Shown here: positions 11,911 through 20,060 of the stretch, one piece after another
Layout of the letters: every line of letters begins with the position of its first letter
How positions within the stretch are numbered: position 1 is the stretch's first letter
Assembly (NCBI GenBank): GCA_963714345.1
Contig: CAVQOD010000002.1
Location: 215,822-279,821, forward strand
Length of the DNA: 64,000 nucleotides
Direction of reading: 5' to 3'
From: an uncultured Alphaproteobacteria bacterium
Lineage (GTDB): Bacteria; Pseudomonadota; Alphaproteobacteria; Rhizobiales; Xanthobacteraceae
Made by a program: the position numbers and the translations under genes
Notes under the pieces: generated by a model
What the model saw: the letters and a program-made list of their open reading frames with translations, nothing else
Told to the model about the DNA's origin: nothing
Database searches by the model: none

Positions 11911-12522
11911 ATGAAGCTCTACGACGGCGGCCGCGCCCCCAATCCGCGCCGGGTGCGCATTTTCCTGGCCGAGAAGGGGATCGATATACCGACCGAGCAG
12001 GTCGATCTCGGGGCGCTGGCGCAGCGCTCGCAGGCCTATACTGCGATTAATCCGATGCAGCGGGTGCCGGCGCTGGTTTTGGACGACGGCACCGTGATCG
12101 CGGAATCAATCGCCATTTGCCGCTACTTCGAGGCGCTTTCTCCCGAACCGCCGCTGTTCGGGCGCGGCGCGCTCGACTGCGCGCTGGTCGAAATGTGGAA
12201 CCGGCGCGCGGAACTGCACCTGCTGTTCCCGGTGGCCAGCGTTTTTCAGCATCAGCATCCGGCTATGAAGCAGATGGTCACCCCGCAGGTGCCGGATTGG
12301 GGCGAGGCGAACAAGCCGCGCGTGGCGGCGTTTCTGCAATTCCTCGACGGCGAATTGAAAGCGCGTCCCTATGTGGCCGGCGCGAATTACACCGTTGCCG
12401 ACATCACGGCCATGATTGCGGTCGATTTCATGCGGGTGTCGAAGCTCGTGGTGCCGGAAGAGCTCGGCAATGTGCGGCGCTGGCACCAAGCGGTCTCGAC
12501 CCGGCCGAGCGCCGCGGCCTAA
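11911..12522 (+). CDS. Glutathione S-transferase
   Basis: MKLYDGGRAPNPRRVRIFLAEKGIDIPTEQVDL...MQRVPALVLDDGTVIAESIAICRYFE. RBS aaggagg at 11897-11903. Confidence 0.85.
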   Translation: MKLYDGGRAPNPRRVRIFLAEKGIDIPTEQVDLGALAQRSQAYTAINPMQRVPALVLDDGTVIAESIAICRYFEALSPEPPLFGRGALDCALVEMWNRRAELHLLFPVASVFQHQHPAMKQMVTPQVPDWGEANKPRVAAFLQFLDGELKARPYVAGANYTVADITAMIAVDFMRVSKLVVPEELGNVRRWHQAVSTRPSAAA

Positions 12523-12555
12523 AAGCGGCGAACGCGCGATACGCAAAGCTGCGTA

Positions 12556-12705
12556 TTATTTCTGCGCGTGGACGCGGATTAAGCCATACCCGTCCGTCGC
12601 GCTTGCCAGATTCGGTTGGGTGCTGAGCAGGAAAATGCCGACGACGCCAATCGCGGTATAGACCGCGGCGCAAGTCCAAAAGCCAAAATGGACCAGATTG
12701 TTCAT
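12556..12705 (-). CDS. 49-aa predicted single-TM mini-protein (not in ORF track, below its size cut-off)
   Basis: Own translation: MNNLVHFGFWTCAAVYTAIGVVGIFLLSTQPNLASATDGYGLIRVHAQK*. aaggac RBS-like sequence upstream. A perfect EcfG-type promoter lies ~58 nt upstream of the ATG. Confidence 0.45.
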   Translation of the reverse strand: MNNLVHFGFWTCAAVYTAIGVVGIFLLSTQPNLASATDGYGLIRVHAQK

Positions 12706-12762
12706 CGCGCCGTCCTTTCATCGCCGGTCATATCACGCCGCTCGCGGGGCATCGATTTTCGC

Positions 12763-12787
12763 AACGTCCTATTGGCACCGCAGTTCC
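12763..12787 (-). promoter_or_regulatory. EcfG-type (general stress response ECF sigma) promoter, GGAAC-N16-CGTT
   Basis: Minus strand reads GGAACtgcggtgccaataggaCGTT. Exact match to the alphaproteobacterial EcfG consensus, correctly oriented for the 12556..12705 ORF. Confidence 0.5.
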
Positions 12788-12918
12788 GGAAAAGTTCGTA
12801 AATTCCCGATTTGTCGATGAAAAATCCGTCAAAGGCCTTGTGTCCTGCAGGAACAAATCCCCCGCATATGGATTAGTCGCCTGGGGCTCACAGGACGTTC
12901 ACTTCCATTGGAGGAATT

Positions 12919-13242
12919 ATGGACAAGAGAATAGCCGGACTATTGGGAGCCGCGGCTGCATTGACGGCAGTCACCGCTGCTCAATCGGCGCCGGCGCCCA
13001 CTTCAGACCTCGCGCCGGCGACAAGCTACCGGGATCTTCTTGATCCTATTCCGAACGCAGTGCCGGTGTTGCAGGCCGAAGATGCGCGGCGCGCCGAGCG
13101 GTCAGCCAACGAGGTCGCCCAGATCTCGGTGCAGCTTGGTCATCATCACCACCATCATCACCATCATCACGGCGTGGTTGTGCGTTTGGGCGGGCATCAT
13201 CCGCGCCATCACCATCATCACCACCACCATCATCACCACTAA
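12919..13242 (+). CDS. Secreted histidine-rich protein (signal peptide; H10 and H11 tracts at the C-terminus)
   Basis: MDKRIAGLLGAAAALTAVTAAQSA|PAP... ends ...LGHHHHHHHHHHGVVVRLGGHHPRHHHHHHHHHHH. RBS ggagga 5 nt before the ATG. Strong hairpin terminator follows. Confidence 0.75.
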   Translation: MDKRIAGLLGAAAALTAVTAAQSAPAPTSDLAPATSYRDLLDPIPNAVPVLQAEDARRAERSANEVAQISVQLGHHHHHHHHHHGVVVRLGGHHPRHHHHHHHHHHH

Positions 13243-13249
13243 AGTGGCC

Positions 13250-13290
13250 AGCAAGCGGGCGTCCATTTGGGCGCCCGCTTGCTATTTTCA
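13250..13290. terminator. Hairpin terminator between convergent genes
   Basis: Perfect 12-bp stem agcaagcgggcg / cgcccgcttgct, 10-nt loop, followed by attttca. Confidence 0.7.
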
Positions 13291-13303
13291 CCGCTTAGCC
13301 CGT

Positions 13304-14032
13304 CTATTTTTCCCGCTCGCGTGCTTTCGCCGCGCGCAGGAGATGCCGGTAGGTGCCGTCGAACACCGTATCGGTGCTCGATGTCCAGGTCGTGTCGGCG
13401 GCCAGCGTTGGACGGCTGGCGTGAATGCGCCGTCCGCGCAATTCGCGCTCGGCGGCCTCTTCCTCGTCCATGGCGACCAGCGTGAAATCAGCCGTGACCG
13501 GCAGAACCAGGATCTGCAGCATCGGCTCGCCGGGCCGGAAAATGTGCGTGCTGCCTTCGGTCGGCGCCTTGAAAATCACAAACGAGATCATCGGCCACCA
13601 TTCGGTCCGCAACAGCGCCGGAACGGCGATCGGGACCGTGCCGGTCGGATCGGTATAAAACCGCGGATGCGGCTCGGTCCGCACCGCCCAGTCCTTGCCG
13701 ACTTTCAGATCCAGCAGCAGTTGGTGGCTGTAATAGTCCCGGCCGAAACGGCGAAACGGCGGCCACATCAGGTCGCTGCCGTCGGGCGGTGGCCCGAAAT
13801 CGCCGTCGAAAATAAGCTTGCCGTCCGTTTTCGAGACGCGAAACTCGTTGCGATACGGATAAAAAATCTCGATGCCGTATTGGGCGCCTTCGGTGAACGG
13901 CGCGCAGTGCCAGGCCTGTTCCTGCGAGCCGTCAGTGCGCGGCTCGGGCAGGCCGGCCCAGCCGGGCATTTCCGGCTTGGTTCGACGCGGCTTGAGCTCG
14001 GGATTGACCAGCCTGAACTTGACTTCGTGCAT
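13304..14032 (-). CDS. Conserved hypothetical protein. The N-terminus may extend to 14124 through a frameshift in a G-run.
   Basis: 242-aa ORF (…WHCAPFTEGAQYGIEIFYPY…RTEWWPMISFVIFKAP…). There is no SD before the 14032 ATG. Upstream ORF MELFACAMAFYAWAEG (ATG 14124) joins EFIARRPGSLTRIGTMHEV if one G is added in gagggg. Confidence 0.6.
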   Translation of the reverse strand: MHEVKFRLVNPELKPRRTKPEMPGWAGLPEPRTDGSQEQAWHCAPFTEGAQYGIEIFYPYRNEFRVSKTDGKLIFDGDFGPPPDGSDLMWPPFRRFGRDYYSHQLLLDLKVGKDWAVRTEPHPRFYTDPTGTVPIAVPALLRTEWWPMISFVIFKAPTEGSTHIFRPGEPMLQILVLPVTADFTLVAMDEEEAAERELRGRRIHASRPTLAADTTWTSSTDTVFDGTYRHLLRAAKAREREK

Positions 14033-14270
14033 TGTGCCGATCCGGGTGAGACTGCCGGGCCGCCGCGCAATGAATTCCCCTCGGCCCAGGCGTAGAAAGC
14101 CATAGCACAGGCAAAGAGTTCCATCCGTCCCGCGAAGGCTTGCGGCCGCCGGCGACTGCGCCGATTAGTCGCCCTGTCGGGAAAATGTCAAAACCTGCTA
14201 TCACTGCCGGCGGTGGCGGGATACTCGGGCAAATGCCGGGCGCCGCCAAATGAAGTCTAGGGAGGTTTAC

Positions 14271-15242
14271 GTGTTGTCACGCCGCGCAGTTGCCGGCGCC
14301 ATTTTTGGCACGGCCTTTATCTCAATACGGGCGGCAGGCGCCGCGGATTCCTATCCCTCCCGGCCAATCCGGGTGATCAGTCCGTTCCCGGCCGGCAGCG
14401 CTTCGGACACGGTCGGCCGCGTCGTGCTCGATAAGGTCTCGCAAATCCTCGGCCAGGCCATGGTGATCGAAGCCAAGCCCGGGGCGGGAGGCATTGTCGG
14501 ATTTGCCGACGTCGCCAAGGCCGACCCGGACGGCTACACCCTTGTCACCAGCTCGACCTCGATGGGGACCGGATTGGTGCTGCACAAGCAGCTGCCTTAC
14601 GATCCGGACAAGGATTTTGTTTCGGTCGCCATGTTCGGGGTGCAACCCAACGTGCTGGTCGCTTCGAAGGAGAGCGGCTTCAAGACAGTCGCCGATCTGG
14701 TCGCGGCGGCGAAGGCAAAGCCCGGCGTCCTCACCTTTGCCTCCGCGGGCATCGGCTCCTCGTCGCATATGGCCGGCGAAAAACTCCGCCTTGCCGCCAA
14801 GATCGACGTCCGCCATGTGCCGTTCAAAGAGAACGGCCTGACCGAAGTGATGGCGGGACGGATCGATTATTATTTCATTCCGCTGGCTGCTGCGGCTTCG
14901 GCGCTGCAGAGCGATAAGCTCACCGTGCTGGCGGTCAGTTCGCCGAAGCGCGTTCCGTTGCTGCCGAACGTGCCGTCGATCGCCGAAGCCGGCTATCCCG
15001 ACGCCGAGTTCATTTTCTGGGTCGGACTATCGGCGCCGGCCAAGACGCCGCGCGAGGTCGTCGACACGCTGCATGCCGCGACGGAAAAGGCGCTGCTCGA
15101 CCCGGACACCGCCGCCAAATTGGCCAAGCTCGGCGTCGAGCCGGAGCAAATGAGCGTCGATGCCTTCGGCAAGTTCGTCAAAGACGACATCGCTGCAACG
15201 GTGCAGCTTGCCAAGGACGCCAATATCCAAGCGGTGGATTGA
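14271..15242 (+). CDS. Tripartite tricarboxylate transporter substrate-binding protein (Bug/TctC family)
   Basis: ...YPSRPIRVISPFPAGSASDTVGRVV...KPGAGGIVG...PDGYTL...ASAGIGSSSHMAGE... GTG at 14271 follows agggagg. An in-frame ATG at 14250 is the alternative start. Confidence 0.85.
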   Translation: MLSRRAVAGAIFGTAFISIRAAGAADSYPSRPIRVISPFPAGSASDTVGRVVLDKVSQILGQAMVIEAKPGAGGIVGFADVAKADPDGYTLVTSSTSMGTGLVLHKQLPYDPDKDFVSVAMFGVQPNVLVASKESGFKTVADLVAAAKAKPGVLTFASAGIGSSSHMAGEKLRLAAKIDVRHVPFKENGLTEVMAGRIDYYFIPLAAAASALQSDKLTVLAVSSPKRVPLLPNVPSIAEAGYPDAEFIFWVGLSAPAKTPREVVDTLHAATEKALLDPDTAAKLAKLGVEPEQMSVDAFGKFVKDDIAATVQLAKDANIQAVD

Positions 15243-15258
15243 GTAATTGCAACGCGCA

Positions 15259-15362
15259 CGTCATCCTGGGCGGCCGCGCAGCGGCCCTCGAAGGATGCGG
15301 CCGATGCAGTGCAGCCATCGCTCTTCGAGGCCCGCGCTTTGCGCGGGCGCCTCAGGGTGACG
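15259..15362. repeat. Family-D REP pair (gtcatcctgggcggccgcgcagcggccctcgaaggatg and its inverted partner)
   Basis: Two ~40-nt units in inverted orientation separated by ~24 nt, filling the gap between convergent genes. Confidence 0.7.
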
Positions 15363-15370
15363 GAACGAGT

Positions 15371-16241
15371 TTACCGGTTCAGCAGCGCGATCAGGCTCGA
15401 CGTATCCCAGCGCTTGCCGCCCATCGCCTGTATTTCGGAATAGAATTGGTCGATCAGCGCCGCGGCCGGCAGATGCGCGCCGTTCCTTCGCGCCTCGGAG
15501 AGACAAATGCCGAGGTCTTTGCGCATCCAGTCGACCGCGAAGCCGAAATCGAATTTGCCGGCGACCATGGTCTTGTAGCGGTTCTCCATCTGCCAGGATT
15601 GCGCCGCGCCCTTGGAAATGGTGGCGATCAGTTTTTCGATGTCGAGGCCTGCTTTCATCGCAAAATGCAGCCCTTCGGCGAGGCCCTGAACCAGCCCGGC
15701 AATGCAAATCTGATTGACCATCTTGGCGAGCTGGCCGGAGCCGGGCGCGCCGAGGAGATTGCACGCGCGCGCGTAAGCGGCGATCACCTTCTCGGCCTTG
15801 GCAAACGGCGCTGCGTCGCCGCCGCACATCACCGTGAGCACGCCGTTCTCGGCGCCGGCCTGGCCGCCCGAGACCGGCGCATCGATGAAACCGAAGCCGC
15901 GCTGGTTCGCCTCGGCATAAAGCTCGCGCGCGATCTCGGCGGACGCCGTGGTGTGGTCGACGACGATCGCGCCCTTGGCGACGCCGGAGAACACGCCGTC
16001 CTTGCCCAGCATCACGTCGCGCAGATCGTTGTCGTTGCCGACGCAGGCCATGACAAAGTCCTGACCTTCGGCCGCCTGCTTGGGCGTCGGCGCGCTCTTG
16101 CCGCCATACTGGCCGACCCATTTTTCGGCCTTGGCGCGCGGTGCGGTTGTAGACCGTGACCTCGTGGCCGCCCTTGGCCGCAAGGTGTCCCGCCATCGGG
16201 TAGCCCATCACGCCAAGCCCCACGAACGCGACCTTCGCCAT
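15371..16241 (-). pseudogene. NAD(P)-dependent 3-hydroxyisobutyrate/6-phosphogluconate dehydrogenase-family oxidoreductase; one apparent frameshift (~16140)
   Basis: N-terminus MAKVAFVGLGVMGYPMAGHLAAKGGHEVTVYNRT (frame of ORF 15261..16274) continues as AKAEKWVGQYGG...VDAPVSGGQAGAENGVLTVMCGGD... in ORF 15371..16183. Confidence 0.8.
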
Positions 16242-16359
16242 TGTGTCCTCCTTCGATTTGGCACCGGATATCAACAGTTTCCTGGCCCGTCCGGCGGCGG
16301 CCCGTCAACGGGGCCGTTGACCGCTCCGCAAGCGGCTCAAGGGGCCTATGTAGGGCGTC

Positions 16360-17565
16360 ATGACCGACCTCAAACACGACGTTCTCGCAGCGCTCGGCAA
16401 AATTCCGAGCCCCGACGGCTCGGCCCTGCCGGCAACTGGCAAACTCTCCGAAATCGTCGCCAGCGACGGCAAGGTGTTTTTGTCGATCACCGTCGATGCC
16501 GGCGCGGTGCAAGCGTGGGAGGCGGTGCGCGAGCGTGCCGAGGCTGCGATCCGCGCCGTACCGGGCGTAAAATCCGTGATGGTGGCGCTGACCGCCGAGC
16601 GGGCGGCTGGAGCCGGCGCCCCCTCCTTATCCTCCCCCGCAAGCGGGGGAGGGAAGGGAGGGGGTCCCCCGCAACGGGGCCAAGCGGCGCCTGGCGCCGC
16701 ACGGCCGCATAGTCATGGTGCCAGACCCGGTCCGGCTCCCGGCGCGCCGTCGGCGCCGTCGCCGTCCGGCATTCCGGGCGTCGCCGCGATCATCGCGGTT
16801 GCCTCCGGCAAAGGCGGCGTCGGCAAATCGACCACCGCGGTCAATCTGGCGCTGGGCCTGCGCGATCTTGGGCTCAAAGTCGGCATTCTCGATGCCGACA
16901 TCTACGGTCCCTCGATGCCGAAGCTTCTCGCCATCCGCGAGCGGCCGCAGACCATCGGCGGCACGCGGCTCAAGCCGATCGAGCGCCACGGCATGCCGGT
17001 GATGTCGATCGGCTTTCTCATCGAAGAGGAAACGCCGATGATCTGGCGCGGCCCGATGGTGATGTCGGCGCTCACGCAAATGCTGCGCGAAGTGGAGTGG
17101 GGCACGCTCGACGTCATGGTGGTCGACATGCCGCCGGGCACCGGCGATGCGCAGCTCACCATGGCGCAGCAGGTGCCGCTCAAAGGCGCGGTCATCGTGT
17201 CGACGCCGCAGGATCTGGCTTTGATCGACGCCCGGCGCGGCATTGCCATGTTCCGCCGCGTCAACGTGCCGGTGCTCGGCATCGTCGAGAACATGTCGAC
17301 CTTCATCTGCCCGCATTGCGGGGGGCGCTCGGATATTTTCGGCCATGGCGGCGCGCGCGCCGAAGCCGAGCGGCTCGGCGTGCCGTTTCTCGGCGAAGTG
17401 CCGCTCGATATGACGATCCGCGAAAAATCCGACGCCGGCCTGCCGGTGGTCGCCACCGCCCCGGATAGTCCGCTGGCGCAGTGCTATCGCGACATTGCCG
17501 CGCGCGTGCGCGACGGCTTGCAAGGCGCAACCCGTCAGGCGCCGAAAATCGTCATCGAGGCGTAA
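16360..17565 (+). CDS. apbC: Fe-S cluster carrier ATPase Mrp/ApbC/NBP35 family
   Basis: 401-aa ORF: N-terminal DUF59-like domain, P/A/G linker, then IAVASGKGGVGKSTTAVNLA (deviant Walker A) and CPHCG motif. Confidence 0.92.
   Translation: MTDLKHDVLAALGKIPSPDGSALPATGKLSEIVASDGKVFLSITVDAGAVQAWEAVRERAEAAIRAVPGVKSVMVALTAERAAGAGAPSLSSPASGGGKGGGPPQRGQAAPGAARPHSHGARPGPAPGAPSAPSPSGIPGVAAIIAVASGKGGVGKSTTAVNLALGLRDLGLKVGILDADIYGPSMPKLLAIRERPQTIGGTRLKPIERHGMPVMSIGFLIEEETPMIWRGPMVMSALTQMLREVEWGTLDVMVVDMPPGTGDAQLTMAQQVPLKGAVIVSTPQDLALIDARRGIAMFRRVNVPVLGIVENMSTFICPHCGGRSDIFGHGGARAEAERLGVPFLGEVPLDMTIREKSDAGLPVVATAPDSPLAQCYRDIAARVRDGLQGATRQAPKIVIEA
16621..16681. repeat. Family-C GC-rich hairpin repeat lying in-frame inside the apbC linker
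   Basis: ccctccttatcctcccccgcaagcgggggagggaagggagggggtcccccgcaacggggc. The core ctcccccgcaagcgggggag resembles the intergenic hairpin at 25997-26019. Confidence 0.6.
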
Positions 17566-17576
17566 ACGGCCGGCCG

Positions 17577-18065
17577 TCAAGAGTTGCGGAAATAGGCTTT
17601 GGCGTTGTCGTGAACGTCCGGTGACGCCAGCAAATCGGCTTCGGTCCACCAGCGCAATTCGCGGTGCTGGTCGTCGGACTTGATCGCGGCGGTATCGTCG
17701 ATTGTCAGTTCATAACCGAGCACCACGTAGTGGGTGCCGTAGCCGGCTTCGCCGAAGCGGTTGTTGGCATAGAAATGCTCGTAGGCGCCAAGCAGCCGGG
17801 CATCCGCGATGGCCGCCGTGAAATTGGTCTCGGTCTTGAGGAGCCGGGCGAAGGCGTCGCGCAACCGCTCGTTCTTCAAGATCATGCCGCCGGGAACGAA
17901 ATAGCTGCCCTTGGCCGGCTCGTTGTTGCGCAAACCGAGCAGGACTTGGTCTTTGCCATTGCGGATAATGAGATCGATGGCAACGAGCGGCGCCAGCCGC
18001 ACCACCTTGCGCAGCTCGTCATGGGGCAAAAAGGCCGGCGGCGGCGACGGCGTCACTTCGGACAT
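17577..18065 (-). CDS. NUDIX hydrolase, GDP-mannose mannosyl hydrolase-like
   Basis: ...VAIDLIIRNGKDQVLLGLRNNEPAKGSYFVPGGMILKNERLRDAFARLLKTETNF... Start at MSEVTPSPPP is preferred; the ORF is open up to 18134. Confidence 0.7.
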   Translation of the reverse strand: MSEVTPSPPPAFLPHDELRKVVRLAPLVAIDLIIRNGKDQVLLGLRNNEPAKGSYFVPGGMILKNERLRDAFARLLKTETNFTAAIADARLLGAYEHFYANNRFGEAGYGTHYVVLGYELTIDDTAAIKSDDQHRELRWWTEADLLASPDVHDNAKAYFRNS

Positions 18066-18135
18066 GGCGGCTTGATACTCGGCGGCGTGCGATCGAGCTA
18101 CCGCCATTTGCACTTGTCCAGCCAGTTCAGACATT

Positions 18136-18176
18136 TCACTTGAGACAAGTCACTTGAGAACACGTCACTTAGAACG
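18136..18176. repeat. Three direct imperfect repeats of TCACTTGAGAAC (14-15 bp period)
   Basis: tcacttgagacaag / tcacttgagaacacg / tcacttagaacg read directly, upstream of the NUDIX gene on its strand. Confidence 0.6.
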
Positions 18177-18200
18177 CCGCCTGAAGGCAACCGCGCCGCG

Positions 18201-18495
18201 CTATCGCATCGCACCGTCCGGCGGGCAGCGCCAGCGCCGCGGCGCCGGCGCGCCATAAACGTCGCAAGAACGCGGGTCCCAATAGTGGCGTTGCAGGTAT
18301 GGGTCGAGCACCGCGACAACCGGGCGGGCGCGGACTTCCGGCGGATAGAGGTAAGATTGCTGTGCGCTGGCGGGAGCCGGCCAAACCCCGAGCCAAGCCC
18401 CAAGCCAGACCCGGCAAGCCAAGCACGCCAAGCCAAGCCCCAACGGCTGCGCCGCCGCGGCCAATCGCGAAAACCGCCTTTGCCAAAACTTGCAT
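18201..18495 (-). pseudogene. Small secreted Cys-containing protein, probably frameshifted inside a GGCTTGG-rich low-complexity signal region
   Basis: ATG at 18495 has a strong SD (gggaggag) but its frame differs from the plausible mature part ...PAPASAQQSYLYPPEVRARPVVAVLDPYLQRHYWDPRSCDVYGAPAPRRWRCPPDGAMR (ORF 18201..18464). Confidence 0.35.
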
Positions 18496-18522
18496 GCCGC
18501 GTGCTCCTCCCGCCAATCGGGC

Positions 18523-18738
18523 CTACAGCTCCAGGAATGGAATTGAAAAGATCGTCCGGCCGCCGGCGTCTTTCACCACCATGGTGAGGCTCGCGCCGCC
18601 GTAACCGCCGGCGTCTTGGAGCTCGCCGACGATGCGCTCGGCGTAGTCGCGCGCGGCACTGTCATTCGACAACAGCGTTCCGCTGCGATCGTTGTCGGCG
18701 TGGCTATCTCCCTCCAGGTTGAAATAATAGCGCGGCAT
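18523..18738 (-). CDS. Small protein, DUF6894-like (MPRYYF... family; name from memory)
   Basis: MPRYYFNLEGDSHADNDRSGTLLSNDSAARDYAERIVGELQDAGGYGGASLTMVVKDAGGRTIFSIPFLEL. Paralog at 19434..19667. Confidence 0.6.
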   Translation of the reverse strand: MPRYYFNLEGDSHADNDRSGTLLSNDSAARDYAERIVGELQDAGGYGGASLTMVVKDAGGRTIFSIPFLEL

Positions 18739-18919
18739 GGCAACGCGGCCTTTTTGCCCCATGATGCCATCAAAGCCGCAATCGCAAGTTGCGGCATTGA
18801 TCTGGAACAAAACCTGGCCGCGCGGGGCTTGGCCGTTCGGGCTGGAAACGGCGTCCGCCGGCGATCAAAAAGGGCCGCCGGGGCGGCGGCCCTTCAGGAT
18901 GCCCCGGCAACGGCCGACA

Positions 18920-19216
18920 TCAGTAGCCGCGATACGGCTTACAGACGCCGTCCTGGATGGTGTAATTCGGCGGGCATCCGTTCCACGTGTTCCATCCGCC
19001 GCCGCCGACCGGCCCTCGGTAATAGTCGTAATAGCGCGGATGATGATGGCCGATCCAGACATGGAAACCCGGCCCGTTGATGTTAAAGGCGGCGGCGGGG
19101 GCCGTAGCGCCGATCGCCATCGCGCCGACAAACCCGATCGCCATCGCGGTTTTCGCGACGGTTTTGATGACGGTTTTCAGGTCGGTTTTCTTGGCAGATT
19201 TCGCTGTGCTGCGCAT
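18920..19216 (-). CDS. Small secreted protein with C-terminal CPPNYTIQDGVCKPYRGY motif
   Basis: MRSTAKSAKKTDLKTVIKTVAKTAMAIGFVGAMAIGATAPAAA|FNINGPGFHVWIGHHHPRYYDYYRGPVGGGGWNTWNGCPPNYTIQDGVCKPYRGY. SD ggag before the ATG. Confidence 0.6.
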   Translation of the reverse strand: MRSTAKSAKKTDLKTVIKTVAKTAMAIGFVGAMAIGATAPAAAFNINGPGFHVWIGHHHPRYYDYYRGPVGGGGWNTWNGCPPNYTIQDGVCKPYRGY

Positions 19217-19254
19217 GATGCTCCTCTGCGTGCCCAACCCCTGTCCAGGGAGAT

Positions 19255-19280
19255 AACGCAGAGCCGAGCGTCTGGTTTCC
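19255..19280 (-). promoter_or_regulatory. Near-match EcfG-type promoter (GGAAAC-N16-CGTT)
   Basis: Minus strand: GGAAACcagacgctcggctctgCGTT, ~40 nt upstream of the 19216 ATG. The -35 has one extra A relative to GGAAC. Confidence 0.3.
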
Positions 19281-19433
19281 GACCGGAACTCGGGGCGCGA
19301 CATGGCGCGCGCCGCTTGGGCGCGACGATCGGTCGTCGGCTGCCATCGAGCCCCTGCGACCTTTCCGGTCTTGGGGCTGAAGAGCCCGGTTTTGAATTCA
19401 ATCAAAACCGCTGAGCCCCTAGGACGGCTCGGC

Positions 19434-19667
19434 CTAGCGCGCCGTAAGCTCGAGGGCTAAGAGCGTTCGACCTTTGCCACCGGGATCGTCGGTGACCCAT
19501 AGCCGCAGAGGTTTGTTGCTCCACAGCGAACCGGTATCGTCTTCGCGCAATATCGCTGCGATTGTTGCCACAGCCTCATCTCGGATAGCTGCCATATCGG
19601 ATACGTCGATCCCGTGAGGATCCAAAGTGGTAACGCCGTTCTGATGATGGAAGTAACGCTGCGGCAT
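19434..19667 (-). CDS. Small protein, DUF6894-like (second paralog)
   Basis: MPQRYFHHQNGVTTLDPHGIDVSDMAAIRDEAVATIAAILREDDTGSLWSNKPLRLWVTDDPGGKGRTLLALELTAR. SD ggagag upstream; weak hairpin downstream. Confidence 0.6.
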   Translation of the reverse strand: MPQRYFHHQNGVTTLDPHGIDVSDMAAIRDEAVATIAAILREDDTGSLWSNKPLRLWVTDDPGGKGRTLLALELTAR

Positions 19668-19732
19668 CGCTCCGCTCTCCTCTGCTTAGGGGTGAACGGC
19701 CAGCCACTTAGCGTACAGGGCTAGATTCGCAC

Positions 19733-19748
19733 TGTTCAATTTTGAACA
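19733..19748. promoter_or_regulatory. Palindrome TGTTCAA-tt-TTGAACA (candidate operator)
   Basis: 7-bp perfect arms with a 2-nt spacer, ~66-81 nt upstream of the 19667 start codon. Confidence 0.3.
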
Positions 19749-19777
19749 CTTCAACAGGAAAAAATCAGGACAAACCC

Positions 19778-20011
19778 CTAGAGAAGAGGTTCCCGACCGA
19801 GGCCTCTTAAGCGGCAGGATTTTCGCTGCTCATCCGGCGCCGGCCGGAACGGGGCAACCATCCACGGGACATCGCCCTCGAACCGCGCCGCCGCCTTGAG
19901 CCAAGTGCGCGCCATCTCGATAAAAATCTCGCGTTCGCGGTCGGTCTTTGCCGTCCGCGCCCAGCCCAGGCACTCCTCGGCGTAGGCTCGATAATGGTCT
20001 GGCGTGTCCAT
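19778..20011 (-). CDS. Small hypothetical protein (YRxYAxECLxWA family; paralog of 21789..22028)
   Basis: MDTPDHYRAYAEECLGWARTAKTDREREIFIEMARTWLKAAARFEGD... Exact EcfG-type promoter upstream. Confidence 0.55.
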   Translation of the reverse strand: MDTPDHYRAYAEECLGWARTAKTDREREIFIEMARTWLKAAARFEGDVPWMVAPFRPAPDEQRKSCRLRGLGREPLL

Positions 20012-20060
20012 GATAATTCGGCTCCCCCGAGACACGAAATACCTCGACGTTCGATTCCCA

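Noticed and set aside
12850-12874. EcfG-like promoter in front of the poly-His protein gene (GGAACaaatcccccgcatatgGATT)
   Set aside because: The -10 element is GATT rather than CGTT. The conserved C and G are missing, so it is not reported as a feature.
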